Below the pieces are notes generated by a model that was not told the origin of the DNA, did no database searches, and worked only from the letters and a program-made list of their open reading frames with translations. The position numbers and the translations under genes were made by a program. 64,000 bases of DNA from Thermoplasmata archaeon (GTDB lineage Archaea; Thermoplasmatota; Thermoplasmata; GCA-020350865): assembly GCA_020348445.1 (NCBI GenBank), contig CP070751.1, forward strand, positions 222,006 through 286,005, read 5' to 3'. Below, piece by piece: positions 58,139-64,000 of the stretch (its first letter is position 1; every line of letters begins with the position of its first letter).

Positions 58139-59254
58139 TCATTTCTTTTGAATACAGCTTTTATATACATTTAAATATGACTCGACCATCTGGTCAAAGT
58201 TAAAATTACTTTCAACGGTGTTCCGAGCATTCTTTCCTAGGATTTTACTTGCTTCTTGGTTGTTGATACACCATACTAATTTTTCGAGGATATCCTCTAC
58301 ATTCCTTGGTTTTATAAGAAAACCATTTTGTCCATTTTCAATAACAGCGCTTATGTCCCCAACATCGCTTGCTATCACTACCATCTCACTTGCCATTGCC
58401 TCAAGCAACGCGTAGGGCAATCCCTCGGTATACGTGGGTAGAATAAAAACATCGCCCATATTATAGAACCCAGAAATATCATTTTGTTGTTGAACATTAA
58501 TTATATTTTGCTTTAGATCTAATCTTTCCACTGCCTCTAAATAACTATCTATATCTTGGTCTTTAACTAAGCCTACATTTACAAGCCGAAAATTGATAGA
58601 TTCGGACTTTTTCAGTTTGCTAAGGGCCTCAAGTAGCTCATATATGCCTTTTGTGAACGTAAGACGACCAACAAATAGAATTATAAATGAATTTTCAACA
58701 TTGTACTTCAGCCGCATTCTTTTTCTTTGTTCCTTGTCCAAGTAGTATTTAGCTATATTCACACCATTTTGTATCACTAATCCCCTTTTTTTATAGTATT
58801 TGTATGTGTCTTCGCTCACGTAAACTATTTGATCTGAAAAAGTCAGTATTACCCATTCCCCAATAATTGTGACCTGTTTCAAGGGGAATGATTTACCATA
58901 AGGAATCTTACCATGAATAGTTGTAAGGATTGGGATTCTTAGAATCTTGCCAATGATCACAATAGGTGCAAGAAGGTGATTAGATGTCTGTAAATGTAAA
59001 ACATCAATTTGCCGTGAATTTTTGAAAATAAAAAGAATCATTTTTAGTGTAAATATTAAGCTCCTCACATATCTTAGGTCGGATATTGGTATCTCAATAA
59101 TCTGCTCAGTTGAATTGTTATTTTTATCATAATCCTTGGTCAATATTACATAATCAATACCCCTTTTTTTTAAACGCTGACACAATTCTCTAATAAAAGT
59201 TCCTACACCACCAACAACTTTAGGAGAATACGGAGTAACGAAGCAAATCCTCAT
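58139..59254 (-). CDS. GT4 glycosyltransferase
   Basis: MRICFVTPYSP..GGV, LFVGRL and EGLPYALLEAMA motifs. Confidence 0.92.
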   Translation of the reverse strand: MRICFVTPYSPKVVGGVGTFIRELCQRLKKRGIDYVILTKDYDKNNNSTEQIIEIPISDLRYVRSLIFTLKMILFIFKNSRQIDVLHLQTSNHLLAPIVIIGKILRIPILTTIHGKIPYGKSFPLKQVTIIGEWVILTFSDQIVYVSEDTYKYYKKRGLVIQNGVNIAKYYLDKEQRKRMRLKYNVENSFIILFVGRLTFTKGIYELLEALSKLKKSESINFRLVNVGLVKDQDIDSYLEAVERLDLKQNIINVQQQNDISGFYNMGDVFILPTYTEGLPYALLEAMASEMVVIASDVGDISAVIENGQNGFLIKPRNVEDILEKLVWCINNQEASKILGKNARNTVESNFNFDQMVESYLNVYKSCIQKK

Positions 59255-59292
59255 TAGATTCAAACTCCTTCGTCTTTTTCTAAATTCATAAG

Positions 59293-60957
59293 CTATGGAT
59301 GATCGAAATACCATACCTCATATGCACCGTTATCGTATATTTTATATCTCGCCTCGATGGAAGATGTTAAAAACCGCGAATAATAAGACCGTGCAAAGGC
59401 CCAATATCCAGTTAACCAATTCTTATCGACTACTGAGTACTGCAATCTATATTTAATTATTAATTGGTCAGAAACATCATCACACTGGGTTTGATGAATA
59501 GTGGTCCAATCCTGTTCGACGTTACCTGCACCCTTTGCTTTATATAAAGCATCTGAACCAACAGTAATTTTATCGATGGCAATCGGGATTATTTGATAGT
59601 CCTCCTCATGAAGATAATCGTAAATGAGCTGTTCCGGTCCGTTATCAACTAAAGTGGCCCCACCTATCGGTAAGCATGATTTCCCTGATATAGCACTTAT
59701 CCTCGCAGCTTTAAGCCCGTTGTTTGCGATATAGGTATTGTTAGTGTTATACTTCACATATATTGCACAATCATAAGTTGGTTCAGTCATGGTGTAATCG
59801 GTCACCCTCCAGTGACTCCACATGTAGCTGTGAAATCCAACAGAAGCTATAAGGGCAGCAGCCATTATTGCCAAGGCAAGGCCAGTAACCTTTTTTCTTT
59901 TTAGAAATTTAAAAATTTGGAGGAAAGAATAACCCGCTAAAAGAGAAAAGAATATGAGAAAGAAATAGGATGAATATGTTCTCATGCCTATTGTTGGAAA
60001 GATAAAAATCAAAGATACAACTATAAAAACTTCGTAAAGTCCCTTGTTCTTTTTCCAAATCAGGTATGCAAATCCGATCATTGCGAACAATATCATAAAG
60101 CCTATCCTACCGATCAAGCTCACGAAAAGATTGAGTAAAAGGATGGGGATCGACCTCCCTGTAAAAAACACGGTCTCTTGATAGACCACGAGGCCTTGAG
60201 CTCCTTGAAGGGGATTGTTGCCTGAAATTAGCATACCCAAAAGAGCAACGAATATCCCCGTTATTATCAAAGGTCCCGCAATCCTGAAACTCCGATTTAA
60301 TTTCTTGGACTTTATTGTCATTGGAAGAATCTGTTTGTATAAAGCAAACATAATCACGCCGGTGAGATACGCTATTAAGATAAATATCATGAACACGCCA
60401 AGCCTATGACTGGTTCCCACTGTGAAAAGGGTGATTACGAACAGAATGTTGAGCCTGTTTATCGCAAATCCCCTGGTTTTGAGAAGAAGCAACATACAGG
60501 ACGGGGCCAGTGCTACAAACAGATTTCTTGTGGAGGCCTGCCAGAATGTCGTTCTGACGAAAACAGGGGATAAAGTGAAGGTCAATGCAGCCACAAAACA
60601 GAACAAATCATCCTTCTTTATCTCCCTTGCAAGGAAGTAGGTTCCAAAAACCCCTATAAGACCAAGGGCAATTGAGATTAAGAAAATTGAACTCTCAACA
60701 TCCAAACCGGTGCTTACTGAGACATCTGCAGCTAGGAATGGATAGGCACTTGGATAAGAAAAGGGGTATAGTCCAATATACGATAAAGGATGAAGAATCC
60801 ACTTTGCATAATGGTGCCTTGTTATCGAGTCTCCAAGTATATGGATGACAAAAGAATCTGCACCGAGTTCATGCTGAACTGTGGGGTATCTGAGCGCTAC
60901 ATTTAACGTAATTAAAAAGGAAAGTAATAGGAAGTTCACCCTTTTTGAGAATTTCAT
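59293..60957 (-). CDS. Polytopic membrane protein, possibly GT-C or polymerase-like
   Basis: About 12 TM segments, ELGADSF..H and SPVF..RT motifs, extracellular C-terminal domain; family not firmly recognised. Confidence 0.6.
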   Translation of the reverse strand: MKFSKRVNFLLLSFLITLNVALRYPTVQHELGADSFVIHILGDSITRHHYAKWILHPLSYIGLYPFSYPSAYPFLAADVSVSTGLDVESSIFLISIALGLIGVFGTYFLAREIKKDDLFCFVAALTFTLSPVFVRTTFWQASTRNLFVALAPSCMLLLLKTRGFAINRLNILFVITLFTVGTSHRLGVFMIFILIAYLTGVIMFALYKQILPMTIKSKKLNRSFRIAGPLIITGIFVALLGMLISGNNPLQGAQGLVVYQETVFFTGRSIPILLLNLFVSLIGRIGFMILFAMIGFAYLIWKKNKGLYEVFIVVSLIFIFPTIGMRTYSSYFFLIFFSLLAGYSFLQIFKFLKRKKVTGLALAIMAAALIASVGFHSYMWSHWRVTDYTMTEPTYDCAIYVKYNTNNTYIANNGLKAARISAISGKSCLPIGGATLVDNGPEQLIYDYLHEEDYQIIPIAIDKITVGSDALYKAKGAGNVEQDWTTIHQTQCDDVSDQLIIKYRLQYSVVDKNWLTGYWAFARSYYSRFLTSSIEARYKIYDNGAYEVWYFDHP

Positions 60958-61037
60958 TGATATCCCCTATATGACAGGCTATTTAAATATTTTTTAGGTG
61001 CATTATGGCCTAAGATAACCTAATTTTAAAATCTATT

Positions 61038-61790
61038 TTATAGGTTCTCGAGCTTTTTTATCAAAATCTTTTCCAAATAATGATTCATAACAAAATATTG
61101 CTTTCCATCGTCTTTATCTTGTCTAATTGGTTTATGTTTAATCTCTTTAATTTTTAAAATCACCTTGGTAAAAGCTGAACTGGTATTTTCTTGGCATTTC
61201 AATCTAATGCTTTGCAGAGAGTCTCCTTTCTCAATTTGGAATTTTTGGAGGTGTAAGATATCGCCCATATCCACTCCAGGTGAAACGAAATGTATGGTAA
61301 TACCTGTTTCCTGCCCCATTAAGATGGCCCACTTGGTTACATCCATTCCCCTGATTTTTGGGAGAATGGCATAATGGCTGTTCAACGTTCCAATTTTTGG
61401 TATATCCAATATTCTCTTTCGGATTATTCCTGTCCCCCATAATAAAATCAAGTCAGGTTGCATTTTATTAAGGATTTTAATGCATTTTTTACTATTATGG
61501 TCTCTGACATAAAAGACGGGAATTTGCAATTCTTTTGCTACTTTACTGATTCTTCTGGAAAACATTTTACTTTCTATATCCATTTCATTTCCATTATTAC
61601 CCATGATTTTTTTCAGAGTTCCCTTAAAACCATAGGTCTTCATCCCCCACTTGAATGAGTCGAAAAGGCTAGTATTGCCATATATCAAAGCCACGGGTTT
61701 GACACCCATTGCCGTTAAATCACGTAATGTTCTTTCTTTCCATGCTAGTTTATCAAACCTAGGATATCTAGAAAAAATGACGATGTTCAT
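61038..61790 (-). CDS. Formyltransferase (Fmt/PurN-like N-terminal fold), probably acting on a sugar
   Basis: GTGII, TLNSHYAILPKIRG and GITIHFV..GVDMGDI: catalytic N/H/D pattern of 10-formyl-THF enzymes. Confidence 0.85.
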   Translation of the reverse strand: MNIVIFSRYPRFDKLAWKERTLRDLTAMGVKPVALIYGNTSLFDSFKWGMKTYGFKGTLKKIMGNNGNEMDIESKMFSRRISKVAKELQIPVFYVRDHNSKKCIKILNKMQPDLILLWGTGIIRKRILDIPKIGTLNSHYAILPKIRGMDVTKWAILMGQETGITIHFVSPGVDMGDILHLQKFQIEKGDSLQSIRLKCQENTSSAFTKVILKIKEIKHKPIRQDKDDGKQYFVMNHYLEKILIKKLENL

Positions 61791-63124
61791 GGCAGCCTTT
61801 CCTCCAGATCTTTTGTAATTTTCAGCCGCAGCATAAGAGCATCAACAAAAAATTTTGTTGCCCAGTTTGGATATTGGAAAGGTGCATATATGCCCCAGAT
61901 TGGGTGAGAGCCTGAAATGGCTCCCCTGATATCTTTAGATCGTGAATTTATATTCTGTAAATAACAAAGAAGATCTGTTGCATCCAAACCAGCATTTAGA
62001 TATCGAATATCATCTGTTAATTCATAGATTTTAAACCAAATAAAGCTGTGTTGAGCAATCCCTGTCAAGCATTCGGTATCAACTATCGGCTTCCATTTCT
62101 CGTTATAGGATGTTTGTAAAAACTTCTTAATCTCAAATTTCCTCATTAAAACCTCGCTAGTTTTTATAACAGATTCTAAATATCTGTTATCATGCAGAAT
62201 TTTATATCCTTCCAATAACCCTCTTAGGGTATAAGCAATGCCATGTGTATTACAGGTACGATAATCCTTTTCAAAACAACAATTTTCAAAATAGCCATTT
62301 TCCTTTTGTTGTGACAAAACCCATGAATAAATATCCAATGCAGTATCTAAGTAGCCTTGTTTTTGACTCAATGAATGCAATTCCAAAATCGCCCAAGCAA
62401 CCCTTGAATGATAAGTATGCAAGATATTTTGGTAGCAATGTTTTAGCCACAGGCGATCATCCTTTCTAATTTCTTCAAGAAAGTCCCCGGCTTTGGTCAA
62501 GGCCTTCATGTACTTCATATCGTTGGTTCTCTTATATGCCTCAATCCAGCCCAACATAACCATGCCAGTATTGAATATTACTGAAGGTTTCCTGCTCCTA
62601 TCTTTTATGGAGCCTTCATTTATTCCCCCATCTTTCTTTTGAATCTCAATCAACCAATCGCACATGGCGATGGCCTCATCAAAATACTTTTTTTGTGATG
62701 AAAAGTCCGAGTATTCGAAGAGTGATTTTGCTATATATCCAGTGGTTTCGGGATATGCTGGTTCCCACCCCTTGGAATATCTGAAGGCAGCAGCAGAACC
62801 TCTATAATTTGTAACCTTATGAGTCATATGCAACCACATAATTGCATGCTTGAGATTGATATCAATTGATTGATTTAATTCCGGGAATGGTAAATATTTC
62901 CTCTTTAGATTGGTCCAGGGGTCTTTAATTACCTGGTATGAAAGTCTTAATGCCCTCGCAGCAGGATTCATTATATTCTCCTTTAGTAATCCATTATGAA
63001 ATACATTTTGTTTTGGGACAAATGGCGTTGAAGTTAAAAGTAATCTTACATAAAATATTTTTCTAATCATTCTTTTAATCGGTATTTTCTCCATAAATAT
63101 TATTATATACTTTACATATCGCAA
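61787..63124 (-). CDS. Alpha/alpha-barrel hypothetical protein with a YPETTGYI motif
   Basis: WEPAYPETTGYI, WLIEIQKKDGG, FNTGMVMLGW, HGIAY and CLTG.AQ helical repeats; GTGA/ATGA-type 4-nt overlap with the formyltransferase. Confidence 0.7.
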   Translation of the reverse strand: MRYVKYIIIFMEKIPIKRMIRKIFYVRLLLTSTPFVPKQNVFHNGLLKENIMNPAARALRLSYQVIKDPWTNLKRKYLPFPELNQSIDINLKHAIMWLHMTHKVTNYRGSAAAFRYSKGWEPAYPETTGYIAKSLFEYSDFSSQKKYFDEAIAMCDWLIEIQKKDGGINEGSIKDRSRKPSVIFNTGMVMLGWIEAYKRTNDMKYMKALTKAGDFLEEIRKDDRLWLKHCYQNILHTYHSRVAWAILELHSLSQKQGYLDTALDIYSWVLSQQKENGYFENCCFEKDYRTCNTHGIAYTLRGLLEGYKILHDNRYLESVIKTSEVLMRKFEIKKFLQTSYNEKWKPIVDTECLTGIAQHSFIWFKIYELTDDIRYLNAGLDATDLLCYLQNINSRSKDIRGAISGSHPIWGIYAPFQYPNWATKFFVDALMLRLKITKDLEERLP

Positions 63125-63170
63125 AGCAGACTAGAAAAAAGACCGTAATGCTAAATTGGAAGTAATTGAA

Positions 63171-64000
63171 ATGAAAAAAGAGAATCTTGAATCAAATATG
63201 AATGAAGATCCTGAGTATTATGGTGCAGGTTACTCGATATTCTTTAGGGAGGACAAACTGCTTTCTTACTCAGAAATATACAACTGGTGGAAATTGAAAC
63301 GCATGATATCCAAGATGATAGAAGGAGAACGATTCAGTAAAAATAGAGAATACAGTCTTTTGGATATGGGCTGCAGTAGGGGTCATGATCTCTTCAGAAT
63401 TAACAGTGAATTTAATAATTATAATCTAAAATTAGTTGGCTATGATATCATCCCACAGGACATAGAGTATGCCAACAGGATATTGAAGCAAAAAGGTTTG
63501 AAAAATATGAGTTTCAAGGTGGCAAACGCGGAAAATCCAGGTTTTGAGGACAATTCCTTCGATGTTATCACGTGCTCAGAAGTGATGGAACATCAAGAAA
63601 AACCCAAACAGGTCTTAAGGGAGTGTCATAGGATTCTCAAACCCAACGGTATTATAATAATCACAACTCCGAACATAGCTTATAATGACATGTTGCCTAA
63701 GAGGTTGAGAAAAAGATTGAAGTCAAAGGTCCATGCTCAAAGCGATCAGACGCATACGAAAAAGCACAAAGGAAAACAAAAAGAAATGCCCTATGAAAAG
63801 CACGTTTTTGTCGCGAATGTGGATGAATGGATTGATACCCTAAATAAAATCGGATTCCATGTGGAGGAACTGAAAAGGGGAAGTATCGTTTATGGTGGCC
63901 CTTTTTTTGATAGACATGTAAAACTAATGGGTTTTCTGCTGTTTTTCGATGATATATTAGACCATCTCACATATGGATATTCCTGGAATATCATAATAAA
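63171..64000 (+). CDS. Class I SAM-dependent methyltransferase, truncated by the window end
   Basis: Manual translation from ATG 63171 includes LLDMGCSRG, ANAENPGFEDNSFDVITCSEVMEHQ and ILKPNGIIIITTPN; no stop before 64000. Confidence 0.85.
   Translation, partial: MKKENLESNMNEDPEYYGAGYSIFFREDKLLSYSEIYNWWKLKRMISKMIEGERFSKNREYSLLDMGCSRGHDLFRINSEFNNYNLKLVGYDIIPQDIEYANRILKQKGLKNMSFKVANAENPGFEDNSFDVITCSEVMEHQEKPKQVLRECHRILKPNGIIIITTPNIAYNDMLPKRLRKRLKSKVHAQSDQTHTKKHKGKQKEMPYEKHVFVANVDEWIDTLNKIGFHVEELKRGSIVYGGPFFDRHVKLMGFLLFFDDILDHLTYGYSWNIII

Overview
Archaeal chromosomal window, most likely from a Thermoplasmatota lineage. This is an inference from archaeal-type Hef, KEOPS kae1/bud32, pelota, A-type ATPase subunit D, an A1-U72 tRNA-Gln, a DUF3198-like gene and GGAGGTGA-type ribosome-binding sites. 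Bases 1-41.3 kb are mostly housekeeping: hef, tRNA-Gln, rdgB/bud32/kae1, fRMsr, M42 peptidase, mutL, a BNR-repeat protein, an S8 protease, pyrB/pyrI, a 2014-aa surface protein, a stand-alone atpD, pelota, hflX, nadA, a KaiC/RAD55 three-gene module, galU, moaA-D-E-C-B, an MFS transporter and porGDAB. Bases 41.5-64 kb are a visibly AT-richer surface-glycosylation island around a prepilin peptidase. It holds GT2/GT4/GT-C transferases, a nucleotide-sugar dehydrogenase, four SAM methyltransferases, an O-acyltransferase, a PIG-L deacetylase and a formyltransferase. The most unusual signal is a roughly 92-bp-period array at 1891-2332. The tRNA-Gln gene is one of its five units. The other four are non-tRNA hairpins that reuse the tRNA acceptor-stem ends (AGCCCC...GGGGCT), and each encloses an unrelated 22-nt core. 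Other notable items are a moaD that appears to start at CTG, an in-frame-deleted duplicate of the prepilin peptidase 3' end, paralogous Cys-rich microproteins, and a regulator plus paralogous small-protein cassette between kae1 and bud32. No CRISPR array, integrase or transposase was seen. All calls come from motif recognition by eye; no database searches or GC computations were run.
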